Assembly: GCA_030390025.1 (NCBI GenBank) | Contig: CM059432.1 | Location: 74,960,001 to 75,024,000 of the forward strand | Direction: 5' to 3' | Length of the DNA: 64,000 bases | Source: Squalus acanthias | Taxonomy: Eukaryota | Shown: positions 1 through 14,015 of the stretch, in pieces | Layout: every line of letters starts with the position of its first letter | Numbering within the stretch: the first letter of the stretch is position 1 | Position numbers and translations under genes: made by a program | Notes under the pieces: generated by a model | Told to the model about the DNA's origin: nothing | Databases searched by the model: none | The model's input: only the letters and a program-made list of their open reading frames with translations

Positions 1-309
1 CAGCTGTTCTGTATGCTAGGCTACGTAGGGCAATCTATCTATATTAGCAATGGGACTCCCATGAATAGCTTTTTAAAAAAAAAATAAGTTGACTATTTGA
101 CCCTTTACTGATCAAATAGGCCCATTAATAAAATGGGTTCAGACAAAAGAAATGCACTGCTATTCAGCTTGTAAAGAACTAGTACCAACCGGCTGGGTTC
201 CCCAGCTGTCATGTGGCTGCTGTTCTCAATTCACTCCTCCCAGTGGTTTCTGTGCTGCTTTTCCTGTTAGTGGGTACACAGCCAATTCCTTTCATGTGTA
301 ATGAAACTA

Positions 310-3300
310 CAGAGACAGGCAGAGCGCCAGAGACAGAGACAGCGACAGGCGGAGCGCTAGAGACAGAGACAGAGACAGCGACAGGCAGAGCGCCGGAGAC
401 AGCGACAGGCAGAGCGCCGGAGACAGCGACAGGCAGAGCGCCGGAGACAGCGACAGGCAGAGCGCCGGAGACAGCGACAGGCAGAGCGCCGGAGACAGCG
501 ACAGGCAGAGCGCCGGAGACAGCGACAGGCAGAGCGCCGGAGACAGCGACAGGCAGAGCGCCGGAGACAGCGACAGGCAGAGCGCCGGAGACAGCGACAG
601 GCAGAGCGCCGGAGACAGCGACAGGCAGAGCGCCGGAGACAGCGACAGGCAGAGCGCCGGAGACAGCGACAGGCAGAGCGCCGGAGACAGCGACAGGCAG
701 AGCGCCGGAGACAGCGACAGGCAGAGCGCCGGAGACAGCGACAGGCAGAGCGCCGGAGACAGCGACAGGCAGAGCGCCGGAGACAGCGACAGGCAGAGCG
801 CCGGAGACAGCGGCAGAGACAGGCAGAGCGCCGGAGACAGCGGCAGAGACAGGCAGAGCGCCGGAGACAGCGGCAGAGACAGGCAGAGCGCCGGAGACAG
901 CGGCAGAGACAGGCAGAGCGCCGGAGACAGCGGCAGAGACAGGCAGAGCGCCGGAGACAGCGGCAGAGACAGGCAGAGCGCCGGAGACAGCGGCAGAGAC
1001 AGGCAGAGCGCCGGAGACAGCGGCAGAGACAGGCAGAGCGCCGGAGACAGCGGCAGAGACAGGCAGAGCGCCGGAGACAGAGACAGCGACAGGCAGAGCG
1101 CCGGAGACAGAGACAGCGACAGGCAGAGCGCCGGAGACAGAGACAGCGACAGGCAGAGCGCCGGAGACAGAGACAGCGACAGGCAGAGCGCCGGAGACAG
1201 AGACAGCGACAGGCAGAGCGCCGGAGACAGAGACAGCGACAGGCAGAGCGCCGGAGACAGAGACAGCGACAGGCAGAGCGCCGGAGACAGAGACAGCGAC
1301 AGGCAGAGCGCCGGAGACAGAGACAGCGACAGGCAGAGCGCCGGAGACAGAGACAGCGACAGGCAGAGCGCCGGAGACAGAGACAGCGACAGGCAGAGCG
1401 CCGGAGACAGAGACGGCGACAGGCAGAGCGCCGGAGACAGAGACGGCGACAGGCAGAGCGCCGGAGACAGAGACGGCGACAGGCAGAGCGCCGGAGACAG
1501 AGACGGCGACAGGCAGAGCGCCGGAGACAGAGACGGCGACAGGCAGAGCGCCGGAGACAGAGACGGCGACAGGCAGAGCGCCGGAGACAGAGACGGCGAC
1601 AGGCAGAGCGCCGGAGACAGAGACGGCGACAGGCAGAGCGCCGGAGACAGAGACGGCGACAGGCAGAGCGCCGGAGACAGAGACGGCGACAGGCAGAGCG
1701 CCGGAGACAGAGACGGCGACAGGCAGAGCGCCGGAGACAGAGACGGCGACAGGCAGAGCGCCGGAGACAGAGACGGCGACAGGCAGAGCGCCGGAGACAG
1801 AGACGGCGACAGGCAGAGCGCCGGAGACAGAGACGGCGACAGGCAGAGCGCCGGAGACAGAGACGGCGACAGGCAGAGCGCCGGAGACAGAGACGGCGAC
1901 AGGCAGAGCGCCGGAGACAGAGACGGCGACAGGCAGAGCGCCGGAGACAGAGACGGCGACAGGCAGAGCGCCGGAGACGGCGACAGGCAGAGCGCCGGAG
2001 ACGGCGACAGGCAGAGCGCCGGAGACGGCGACAGGCAGAGCGCCGGAGACGGCGACAGGCAGAGCGCCGGAGACGGCGACAGGCAGAGCGCCGGAGACGG
2101 CGACAGGCAGAGCGCCGGAGACGGCGACAGGCAGAGCGCCGGAGACGGCGACAGGCAGAGCGCCGGAGACAGAGACAGGCAGAGCGCCAGAGAAAGAGAC
2201 AGCGACAGGCAGAGCGCCGGAGACAGCGACAGGCAGAGCACCGGAGACAGAGACAGCGACAGGCAGAGCGCCAGAGACAGAGACAGGCAGAGTGCCAGAG
2301 ACAGAGACAGCGACAGGCAGAGCGCCAGAGACAGAGACAGCGACAGGCAGAGCGGCAGAGACAGCGACAGGCAGAGCGCCAGAGACAGAGACAGCGACAG
2401 GCAGAGCGCCAGAGACAGAGACAGAGACAGGCAGAGCGCCAGAGACAGAGACAGGCAGAGCGCCAGAGACAGAGACAGAGACAGACAGAGACAGCGACAG
2501 GCAGAGCGCCAGAGACAGCGACAGGCAGAGCGCCAGAGACAGCGACAGGCAGAGCGCCAGAGACAGCGACAGGCAGAGCGCCAGAGACAGCGACAGGCAG
2601 AGCGCCAGAGACAGCGACAGGCAGAGCGCCAGAGACAGCGACAGAGACAGGCAGAGCGCCGGAGACAGAGACAGGCAGAGCGCCGGAGACAGAGACAGCG
2701 ACAGGCAGAGCGCCGGAGACAGAGACAGGCAGAGCGGCGGAGACAGCGACAGGCAGAGCGCCGGAGACAGCGACAGGCAGAGCGCCAGAGACAGCGACAG
2801 GCAGAGCGCCAGAGACAGCGACAGGCAGAGCGCCAGAGACAGCGACAGGCAGAGCGCCGGAGACAGCGACAGGCAGAGCGCCGGAGACAGCGACAGGCAG
2901 AGCGCCGGAGACAGAGACAGGCAGAGCGCCGGAGACAGAGACAGGCAGAGCGCCGGAGACAGAGACAGGCAGAGCGCCGGAGACAGAGACAGGCAGAGCG
3001 CCGGAGACAGAGACAGGCAGAGCGCCGGAGACAGAGACAGGCAGAGCGCCGGAGACAGAGACAGGCAGAGCGCCGGAGACAGAGACAGGCAGAGCGCCGG
3101 AGACAGAGACAGGCAGAGCGCCGGAGACAGAGACAGGCAGAGCGCCGGAGACAGAGACAGGCAGAGCGCCGGAGACAGAGACAGGCAGAGCGCCGGAGAC
3201 AGAGACAGGCAGAGCGCCGGAGACAGAGACAGGCAGAGCGCCGGAGACAGAGACAGGCAGAGCGCCGGAGACAGAGACAGGCAGAGCGCCGGAGACAGAG

Positions 3301-3915
3301 ACAGGCAGAGCGCCGGAGACAGAGACAGGCAGAGCGCCGGAGACAGAGACAGAGACAGGCAGAGCGCCAGAGACAGCGGCAGAGCGCCAGAGACAGCGAC
3401 AGAGGCAGGCAGAGCGCCGGAGACAGAGACAGGCAGAGCGCCGGAGACAGAGACAGGCAGAGCGCCGGAGACCGAGACAGAGACAGGCAGAGCGCCGGAG
3501 GCAGAGCGCCGGAGACAGAGACAGAGACAGAGACAGGCAGAGCGCCGGAGGCAGAGCGCCGGAGACAGAGCGCCGGAGACAGAGCGCCGGAGACAGAGCG
3601 CCGGAGACAGAGCGCCGGAGACAGAGCGCCGGAGACAGAGCGCCGGAGACAGAGCGCCGGAGACAGAGCGCCGGAGACAGAGCGCCGGAGACAGAGCGCC
3701 GGAGACAGAGCGCCGGAGACAGAGCGCCGGAGACAGAGCGCCGGAGACAGAGCGCCGGAGACAGAGCGCCGGAGACAGAGCGCCGGAGACAGAGCGCCGG
3801 AGACAGAGCGCCGGAGACAGAGCGCCGGAGACAGAGACAGGCAGAGCGCCAGAGACAGAGACAGCGACAGGCAGAGCGCCAGAGACAGAGACAGGCAGAG
3901 CGCCAGAGACAGACA
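310..3915. repeat. GC-rich minisatellite built from hexamer modules (GAGACA, GCGACA, GGCAGA, GCGCCG); 24-bp, 30-bp and 14-bp units in successive blocks
   Basis: Direct reading: 24-mer gagacagcgacaggcagagcgccg (~370-800), 30-mers (~800-1975), 24-mer variants (~1975-3350), 14-mer gagacagagcgccg (~3560-3830). Confidence 0.97.
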
Positions 3916-3967
3916 GATAGCCAGGGACAGACCATACAGACCGAGAGAGAGAACACACGCACAGACC

Positions 3968-4001
<34 letters not shown>

Positions 4002-4014
4002 ACGCACAGACCGG

Positions 4015-4046
<32 letters not shown>

Positions 4047-4059
4047 ACACGCACAGACC

Positions 4060-4093
<34 letters not shown>

Positions 4094-4104
4094 ACGCACA
4101 GACC

Positions 4105-4140
<36 letters not shown>

Positions 4141-4192
4141 ACGCACAGACCGGGAGGGAGAGAGAGAGAGAGAGAGAACACGCACAGACCGG

Positions 4193-4225
<33 letters not shown>

Positions 4226-4342
4226 CACGCACAGACCGAGAGAGAGAGAGAGAGAGAGAACGAACACGCACAGACCGGGAGAGAGAGAGAACACGCACAG
4301 ACCAGGAGAGAGAGAGAGAGAGAGAGAGAACACGCACAGACC

Positions 4343-4396
<54 letters not shown>

Positions 4397-4482
4397 AAGC
4401 ACAGACCGGGAGAGAGAGAGAGAGAGAGAGAGAGAGAACACGCACAGACCGGGAGAGAGAGAGAGAGAGAGAGAACGCACAG

Positions 4483-4519
<37 letters not shown>

Positions 4520-4532
4520 ACGCACAGACCGG

Positions 4533-4564
<32 letters not shown>

Positions 4565-4579
4565 ACACGCACAGACCGG

Positions 4580-4615
<36 letters not shown>

Positions 4616-6162
4616 ACGCACAGACCGGGAGAGAGAGAGAGAGAGAGAACACACAGGCAGAGAGAGAGAGCACACGGGAAGAGAGAGAGAGCACACGGGA
4701 AGAGAGAGAGAGCACACGGGAAGAGAGAGAGAGCACACGGGAAGAGAGAGAGAGCACACGGGAAGAGAGAGAGAGCACACGGGAAGAGAGAGAGAGCACA
4801 CGGGAAGAGAGAGAGAGCACACGGGAAGAGAGAGAGAGCACACGGGAAGAGAGAGAGCACACGGGAAGAGAGAGAGCACACGGGAAGAGAGAGAGCACAC
4901 GGGAAGAGAGAGAGCACACGGGAAGAGAGAGAGCACACGGGAAGAGAGAGAGCACACGGGAAGAGAGAGAGCACACGGGAAGAGAGAGAGCACACGGGAA
5001 GAGAGAGAGCACACGGGAAGAGAGAGAGCACACGGGAAGAGAGAGAGCACACGGGAAGAGAGAGAGCACACGGGAAGAGAGAGAGCACACGGGAAGAGAG
5101 AGAGCACACGGGAAGAGAGAGAGCACACGGGAAGAGAGAGAGCACACGGGAAGAGAGAGAGCACACGGGAAGAGAGAGAGCACACGGGAAGAGAGAGAGC
5201 ACACGGGAAGAGAGAGAGCACACGGGAAGAGAGAGAGCACACGGGAAGAGAGAGAGCACACGGGAAGAGAGAGAGCACACGGGAAGAGAGAGAGCACACG
5301 GGAAGAGAGAGAGCACACGGGAAGAGAGAGAGCACACGGGAAGAGAGAGAGCACACGGGAAGAGAGAGAGCACACGGGAAGAGAGAGAGAGAGAGAGAGA
5401 GAACACACAGGTAGAGAGAGAGAGAGAGAGAGAGAACACACAGGTAGAGAGAGAGAGAGAGAGAGAACACACAAGCAGAGAGAGAGAGAGAGAGAGAGAA
5501 CACACAAGCAGAGAGAGAGAGAGAGAGAGAGAGCACACAGGTAGAGAGAGAGAGAGAGAGAGAGAACACACAAGCAGAGAGAGAGAGAGAGAGAACACAC
5601 AAGCAGAGAGAGAGAGAACACACAGGCAGAGAGAGAGAGAACACACAAGCAGAGAGAGAGAGAGAGAGAGAGAACACACAAGCAGAGAGAGAGAGAGAGA
5701 GAGAACACACAAGCAGAGAGAGAGAGAGAGAGAGAACACACAAGCAGAGAGAGAGAGAGAGAGAGAACACACAAGCAGAGAGAGAGAGAGAGAGAGAACA
5801 CACAAGCAGAGAGAGAGAGAACACAGGCAGAGAGAGAGAGAACACACAGGCAGAGAGAGAGAGAGAGAGAGCACACAGGCAGAGAGAGAGAGAGAGAGAG
5901 AGAAGACGCAGTCAGAGAGAGAGAGAGAGAGAGAAGACGCAGAGAGAGAGAGAGAGAACACACAGGCACAGGCAGAGAGAGAGAGAGAACACGCAGAGAG
6001 AGAGAGAACACGGAGAGAGAGAGAAGACACAGGCAGAGAGAGAGAGAGAGAGAGAGAACACAGGCAGAGAGAGGAGAGAGAGAAGACGCAGAGAGAGAGA
6101 GAAGACGCAGGGAGAGAGAGAGAACGAACACGCAGGCAGAGAGAGAGAGAGTGAGAACACGC

Positions 6163-6193
<31 letters not shown>

Positions 6194-6239
6194 ACACGCA
6201 GTGAGAGAGAAAGAGAACACAGGAAGAGAGAGAGAACAC

Positions 6240-6274
<35 letters not shown>

Positions 6275-6279
6275 ACACA

Positions 6280-6592
6280 GGCAACAACACGGTGGCATAG
6301 TGGTTAGCACTGTTGCCTCACAGCGCCAGGAACCCGGGTTCGAATCCGGCCTCGGATGACTGTCTGTGTGGAGTTTGCACATTCTCCCCGTGTCTGCGTG
6401 GGTTTCCTCCGGGTGCTCCGGTTTCCTCCCACAGTCCAAAGATGTGCGGGTTAGGTTGATTTGGCTATGATAAATTGACCCTTAGTGTTAGGGGGATTAA
6501 ATACGTGGGGTTACGGGGATAGGGTGGGATATGTGTCGGTGCAGGCTCGATGGGCCGAAATGGCTTCTATCTGCACTGTGGGGATTCTGTGA
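6280..6592 (+). mobile_element. tRNA-derived V-SINE (HE1-like), copy 1
   Basis: A box TGGCATAGTGG (6293-6303), B box GGTTCGAATCC (6337-6347), V-domain tgtgtggagtttgcacattctccccgtgtctgcgtgggtttcctccgggtgctccggtttcctcccacagtccaaag, and a CR1-like 3' tail. Confidence 0.88.
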
Positions 6593-6694
6593 AGAGAGAG
6601 AGAGAAAACACACAGGCAGAGAGAGAGAGAAAGAACACACAGGCAGAGAGAGAGAGAGAGAGAGAGAGAACGAGAGAACACGCAGGCAGAGAGA

Positions 6695-6730
<36 letters not shown>

Positions 6731-7123
6731 ACACAGGCAGAGAGAGAGGGAGAGAGAGAGAGAGAGAGAGAGAGAACACACAGGCAGAGAGAGAGAGAGA
6801 ACACGCAGTCAGAGAGAGAGAGAACACGCAGTCAGAGAGAGAGAGAGAACACACAGGTAGAGAGAGAGAGAACACGCAGTCAGAGAGAGAGAGAGAGCAC
6901 ACAGGTAGAGAGAGAGAGAGAGAGAACACGCAGTCAGAGAGAGAGAGAACACGCAGTCAGAGAGAGAGAGAACACGCAGTCAGAGAGAGAGAGAACACGC
7001 AGTCAGAGAGAGAGAGAGAACACACAGGTAGAGAGAGAGAGAACACGCAGTCAGAGAGAGAGAGAGAGCACACAGGTAGAGAGAGAGAGAGAGAGAACAC
7101 GCAGTCAGAGAGAGAGAACACAC

Positions 7124-7158
<35 letters not shown>

Positions 7159-7162
7159 ACAC

Positions 7163-7193
<31 letters not shown>

Positions 7194-7249
7194 ACACGCA
7201 GTCAGAGAGAGAGAGAACACACAGGCAGAGAGAGAGAGAAAGAACACAC

Positions 7250-7286
<37 letters not shown>

Positions 7287-7340
7287 GAGAACAGGCAGGC
7301 AGAGAGAGAGAGAACACAGGCAGAGAAAGGGAGAACACAC

Positions 7341-7377
<37 letters not shown>

Positions 7378-7427
7378 ACAGAGAGTGAGAGAAAGGGAGA
7401 ACACACAGAGAGAGTGAGAGAGCACAC

Positions 7428-7467
<40 letters not shown>

Positions 7468-8209
7468 AACACAGGCAGAGAGAAAGAGAACACAGGCAGA
7501 GAGAAAGAGAACACAGGCAGAGAGAGAGAGAACACACAGGCAGAGAGAGAGACAGAGAGAGAGAGAACACACAGGCAGAGAGAATGAGAACACAGGCAGA
7601 GAGAAAGAGAACACACAGGCAGAGAGAATGAGAACACAGGCAGAGAGAAAGAGAACACACAGGCAGAGAGAGGCAGAGAGAGAGAGAGAACACAGGCAGA
7701 GAGAGAGGGAACACAGGCAGAGAGAGAGGGAACACAGGCAGAGAGAGAGGGAACACAGGCAGAGAGAGAGGGAACACAGGCAGAGAGAGAGGGAACACAG
7801 GCAGAGAGAGAGGGAACACAGGCAGAGAGAGAGGGAACACAGGCAGAGAGAGAGGGAACACAGGCAGAGAGAGAGGGAACACAGGCAGAGAGAGAGGGAA
7901 CACAGGCAGAGAGAGAGGGAACACAGGCAGAGAGAGAGAGAGAGAACACGCAGGCAGAGAGAACACACAGGCAGAGAGAGAGAGAGAACACGCAGGCAGA
8001 GAGAACACACAGGCAGAGAGAGAGGGAACACAGGCAGAGAGAGAGGGAACACAGGCAGAGAGAGAGAGAGAGAACACGCACAGACCGGGAGAGAGAGAGA
8101 GAGAGAGAGAGAACACGCACAGACCGGGAGGGAGAGAGAGAGAGAGAGAGAACACGCACAGACCGGGAGAGAGAGAGAGAGAGAGAGAGAGAGAACACGC
8201 ACAGACCGG

Positions 8210-8242
<33 letters not shown>

Positions 8243-8320
8243 CACGCACAGACCGAGAGAGAGAGAGAGAGAGAGAACGAACACGCACAGACCGGGAGAG
8301 AGAGAGAACACGCACAGACC

Positions 8321-8356
<36 letters not shown>

Positions 8357-8367
8357 ACGCACAGACC

Positions 8368-8411
<44 letters not shown>

Positions 8412-8495
8412 AAGCACAGACCGGGAGAGAGAGAGAGAGAGAGAGAGAGAACACGCACAGACCGGGAGAGAGAGAGAGAGAGAGAGAACGCACAG

Positions 8496-8536
<41 letters not shown>

Positions 8537-8549
8537 ACGCACAGACCGG

Positions 8550-8581
<32 letters not shown>

Positions 8582-10340
8582 ACACGCACAGACCGGGAGG
8601 GAGAGAGAGAGAGAGAGAGAGAGAGAACACGCACAGACCGGGAGAGAGAGAGAGAGAGAGAACACACAGGCAGAGAGAGAGAGCACACGGGCAGAGAGAG
8701 AGAGAGCACACGGGCAGAGAGAGAGAGCACACGGGCAGAGAGAGAGAGCACACGGGAAGAGAGAGAGAGCACACGGGAAGAGAGAGAGCACACGGGAAGA
8801 GAGAGAGCACACGGGAAGAGAGAGAGCACACGGGAAGAGAGAGAGCACACGGGAAGAAAGAGAGAGAGCACACGGGAAGAGAGAGAGCACACGGGAAGAG
8901 AGAGAGCACACGGGAAGAGAGAGAGCACACGGGAAGAGAGAGAGCACACGGGAAGAGAGAGAGCACACGGGAAGAGAGAGAGCACACGGGAAGAGAGAGA
9001 GCACACGGGAAGAGAGAGAGCACACGGGAAGAGAGAGAGCACACGGGAAGAGAGAGAGCACACGGGAAGAGAGAGAGAGAGAGAGAGAGAGAACACACAG
9101 GTAGAGAGAGAGAGAGAGAGAGAACACACAAGCAGAGAGAGAGAGAGAGAGAGAACACACAAGCAGAGAGAGAGAGAGAGAGAGAGAACACACAAGCAGA
9201 GAGAGAGAGAGAGAGAGAGAGCACACAAGCAGAGAGAGAGAGCACACAGGCAGAGAGAGAGAGAACACACAGGCAGAGAGAGAGAGCACACAGGCAGAGA
9301 GAGAGAGAACACAGGCAGAGAGAGAGAGAACACACAGGCAGAGAGAGAGAGAGAGAGAGCACACAGGCAGAGAGAGAGAGAGAGAGAGAGAACACGCAGT
9401 CAGAGAGAGAGAGAGAGAGAGAGAAGACGCAGAGAGAGAGAGAGAGAACACACAGGCACAGGCAGAGAGAGAGAGAGAGCACACAGGCAGAGAGAGAGAG
9501 AGAGAGAGAGAGAACACGCAGTCAGAGAGAGAGAGAGAGAGAGAAGACGCAGAGAGAGAGAGAGAGAACACACAGGCACAGGCAGAGAGAGAGAGAGAAC
9601 ACGCAGAGAGAGAGAGAACACGGAGAGAGAGAGAAGACACAGGCAGAGAGAATGAGAACACAGGCAGAGAGAAAGAGAACACACAGGCAGAGAGAATGAG
9701 AACACAGGCAGAGAGAAAGAGAACACACAGGCAGAGAGAGGCAGAGAGAGAGAGAGAACACAGGCAGAGAGAGAGGGAACACAGGCAGAGAGAGAGGGAA
9801 CACAGGCAGAGAGAGAGGGAACACAGGCAGAGAGAGAGGGAACACAGGCAGAGAGAGAGGGAACACAGGCAGAGAGAGAGGGAACACAGGCAGAGAGAGA
9901 GGGAACACAGGCAGAGAGAGAGGGAACACAGGCAGAGAGAGAGGGAACACAGGCAGAGAGAGAGGGAACACAGGCAGAGAGAGAGGGAACACAGGCAGAG
10001 AGAGAGGGAACACAGGCAGAGAGAGAGGGAACACAGGCAGAGAGAGAGGGAACACAGGCAGAGAGAGAGAGAGAGAACACGCAGGCAGAGAGAACACACA
10101 GGCAGAGAGAGAGAGAGAACACGCAGGCAGAGAGAACACACAGGCAGAGAGAGAGGGAACACAGGCAGAGAGAGAGGGAACACAGGCAGAGAGAGAGAGA
10201 GAGAACACGCACAGACCGGGAGAGAGAGAGAGAGAGAGAGAGAACACGCACAGACCGGGAGGGAGAGAGAGAGAGAGAGAGAACACGCACAGACCGGGAG
10301 AGAGAGAGAGAGAGAGAGAGAGAGAACACGCACAGACCGG

Positions 10341-10373
<33 letters not shown>

Positions 10374-10451
10374 CACGCACAGACCGAGAGAGAGAGAGAG
10401 AGAGAGAACGAACACGCACAGACCGGGAGAGAGAGAGAACACGCACAGACC

Positions 10452-10487
<36 letters not shown>

Positions 10488-10498
10488 ACGCACAGACC

Positions 10499-10538
<40 letters not shown>

Positions 10539-10622
10539 AAGCACAGACCGGGAGAGAGAGAGAGAGAGAGAGAGAGAACACGCACAGACCGGGAGAGAGA
10601 GAGAGAGAGAGAGAACGCACAG

Positions 10623-10661
<39 letters not shown>

Positions 10662-10674
10662 ACGCACAGACCGG

Positions 10675-10706
<32 letters not shown>

Positions 10707-11976
10707 ACACGCACAGACCGGGAGGGAGAGAGAGAGAGAGAGAGAGAGAACACGCACAGACCGGGAGAGAGAGAGAGAGAGAGAACACACAGGCAGAGAG
10801 AGAGAGCACACGGGCAGAGAGAGAGAGAGAGAGAGAGAACACACAGGCAGAGAGAGAGAGCACACGGGCAGAGAGAGAGAGAGCACACGGGCAGAGAGAG
10901 AGAGCACACGGGCAGAGAGAGAGAGCACACGGGAAGAGAGAGAGAGCACACGGGAAGAGAGAGAGAGCACACGGGAAGAGAGAGAGCACACGGGAAGAGA
11001 GAGAGCACACGGGAAGAGAGAGAGCACACGGGAAGAGAGAGAGCACACGGGAAGAAAGAGAGAGAGCACACGGGAAGAGAGAGAGCACACGGGAAGAGAG
11101 AGAGCACACGGGAAGAGAGAGAGCACACGGGAAGAGAGAGAGCACACGGGAAGAGAGAGAGCACACGGGAAGAGAGAGAGCACACGGGAAGAGAGAGAGC
11201 ACACGGGAAGAGAGAGAGCACACGGGAAGAGAGAGAGCACACGGGAAGAGAGAGAGAGAGAGAGAGAGAGAACACACAGGTAGAGAGAGAGAGAGAGAGA
11301 GAACACACAAGCAGAGAGAGAGAGAGAGAGAGAACACACAAGCAGAGAGAGAGAGAGAGAGAGAACACACAAGCAGAGAGAGAGAGAGAGAGAGAGAGCA
11401 CACAAGCAGAGAGAGAGAGCACACAGGCAGAGAGAGAGAGAACACACAGGCAGAGAGAGAGAGCACACAGGCAGAGAGAGAGAGAACACAGGCAGAGAGA
11501 GAGAGAACACACAGGCAGAGAGAGAGAGAGAGAGAGCACACAGGCAGAGAGAGAGAGAGAGAGAGAGAACACGCAGTCAGAGAGAGAGAGAGAGAGAGAG
11601 AAGACGCAGAGAGAGAGAGAGAGAACACACAGGCACAGGCAGAGAGAGAGAGAGAGCACACAGGCAGAGAGAGAGAGAGAGAGAGAGAGAACACGCAGTC
11701 AGAGAGAGAGAGAGAGAGAGAAGACGCAGAGAGAGAGAGAGAGAACACACAGGCACAGGCAGAGAGAGAGAGAGAACACGCAGAGAGAGAGAGAACACGG
11801 AGAGAGAGAGAAGACACAGGCAGAGAGAGAGAGAGAGAGAGAGAACACAGGCAGAGAGAGGAGAGAGAGAAGACGCAGAGAGAGAGAGAAGACGCAGGGA
11901 GAGAGAGAGAACGAACACGCAGGCAGAGAGAGAGAGAGTGAGAACACGCAGGCAGAGAGAGAGAGAGAGAACACGC

Positions 11977-12011
<35 letters not shown>

Positions 12012-12091
12012 ACGCAGTGAGAGAGAAAGAGAACACAGGAAGAGAGAGAGAACACAGGGAGAGAGAGAGAGAGAGAGAGAGAGAACACACA

Positions 12092-12404
12092 GGCAACAAC
12101 ACGGTGGCATAGTGGTTAGCACTGTTGCCTCACAGCGCCAGGAACCCGGGTTCGAATCTGACCTCGGGTGACTGTCTGTGTGGAGTTTGCACATTCTCCC
12201 CGTGTCTGCGTGGGTTTCCTCCGGGTGCTCCGGTTTCCTCCCACAGTCCAAAGATGTGCGGGTTAGGTTGATTTGGCTATGATAAATTGACCCTTAGTGT
12301 TAGGGGGATTAAATACGTGGGGTTACGGGGATAGGGTGGGATATGTGTCGGTGCAGGCTCGATGGGCCGAAATGGCTTCTATCTGCACTGTGGGGATTCT
12401 GTGA
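12092..12404 (+). mobile_element. tRNA-derived V-SINE (HE1-like), copy 2
   Basis: Identical to copy 1 except about 3 substitutions near the B box. Same flanking satellite; offset 5812 bp. Confidence 0.88.
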
Positions 12405-12452
12405 AGAGAGAGAGAGAAAACACACAGGCAGAGAGAGAGAGAAAGAACACAC

Positions 12453-12493
<41 letters not shown>

Positions 12494-13138
12494 GAGAACA
12501 CGCAGGCAGAGAGAGAGAGAGAACACACAGGCAGAGAGAGAGGGAGAGAGAGAGAGAGAGAGAGAGAACACACAGGCAGAGAGAGAGGGAGAGAGAGAGA
12601 GAGAGAGAGAGAGAACACACAGGCAGAGAGAGAGAGAGAGAGAGAGAACACACAGGCAGAGAGAGAGAGAGAACACAGGCAGAGAGAGTGAGAACACACA
12701 GGGAGAGAGAGAGAGAGAGAGAACACGCAGTCAGAGAGAGAGAGAACACGCAGTCAGAGAGAGAGAGAGAACACACAGGTAGAGAGAGAGAGAACACGCA
12801 GTCAGAGAGAGAGAGAGCACACAGGTAGAGAGAGAGAGAGAGAGAGAACACGCAGTCAGAGAGAGAGAGAACACGCAGTCAGAGAGAGAGAGAACACGCA
12901 GTCAGAGAGAGAGAGAGAACACACAGGTAGAGAGAGAGAGAACACGCAGTCAGAGAGAGAGAGAGAGCACACAGGTAGAGAGAGAGAGAGAGAGAGAACA
13001 CGCAGTCAGAGAGAGAGAACACGCAGTCAGAGAGAGAGAGAGAGAGAGAGAGAACACACAGTCAGAGAGAGAGAGAGAGAGAACACGCAGTCAGAGAGAG
13101 AGAGAACACACAGGCAGAGAGAGAGAGAAAGAACACAC

Positions 13139-13175
<37 letters not shown>

Positions 13176-13250
13176 GAGAACACGCAGGCAGAGAGAGAGA
13201 GAACACAGGCAGAGAAAGGGAGAACACACAGGCAGAGAGAGAGAACACAC

Positions 13251-13289
<39 letters not shown>

Positions 13290-13339
13290 ACAGAGAGTGA
13301 GAGAAAGGGAGAACACACAGAGAGAGTGAGAGAGCACAC

Positions 13340-13383
<44 letters not shown>

Positions 13384-14015
13384 AACACAGGCAGAGAGAA
13401 AGAGAACACAGGCAGAGAGAGAGAGAACACACAGGCAGAGAGAGAGAGAGAGAGAGAACACACAGGCAGAGAGAGAGACAGAGAGAGAGAGAACACACAG
13501 GCAGAGAGAATGAGAACACAGGCAGAGAGAAAGAGAACACACAGGCAGAGAGAATGAGAACACACAGGCAGAGAGAAAGAGAACACACAGGCAGAGAGAG
13601 GCAGAGAGAGAGAGAGAACACAGGCAGAGAGAGAGGGAACACAGGCAGAGAGAGAGGGAACACAGGCAGAGAGAGAGGGAACACAGGCAGAGAGAGAGGG
13701 AACACAGGCAGAGAGAGAGGGAACACAGGCAGAGAGAGAGGGAACACAGGCAGAGAGAGAGGGAACACAGGCAGAGAGAGAGGGAACACAGGCAGAGAGA
13801 GAGAGAGAGAACACGCAGGCAGAGAGAACACACAGGCAGAGAGAGAGAGAGAACACGCAGGCAGAGAGAACACACAGGCAGAGAGAGAGAGAACACGCAG
13901 GCAGAGAGAACACACAGGCAGAGAGAGAGGGAACACAGGCAGAGAGAGAGGGAACACAGGCAGAGAGAGAGAGAGAACACACAGGCAGAGAGAGAGAACA
14001 CAGGCAGAGAGAGAG

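Larger units (their letters stand above)
3940..14015. repeat. Complex (GA)n-spaced satellite with nested higher-order duplications
   Basis: Short motifs (aacacacaggca, aacacgcacagaccggg, aacacgcagtca) separated by variable (GA)n. Pure 19-bp arrays gagcacacgggaagagaga and 21-bp arrays gggaacacaggcagagagaga recur in the same order. Confidence 0.97.

Noticed and set aside
209..306. Sequence after the TAG acceptor at 309-307 as the next ASPH exon
   Set aside because: Phase-0 translation is FHYT-stop, not IKYSIMHPG. The true exon lies outside the window.
6280..6360. tRNA genes (also at 12092, 51475-51558 and 52519)
   Set aside because: The A/B boxes continue into SINE or LINE bodies, so these are retroposon heads rather than tRNA genes.
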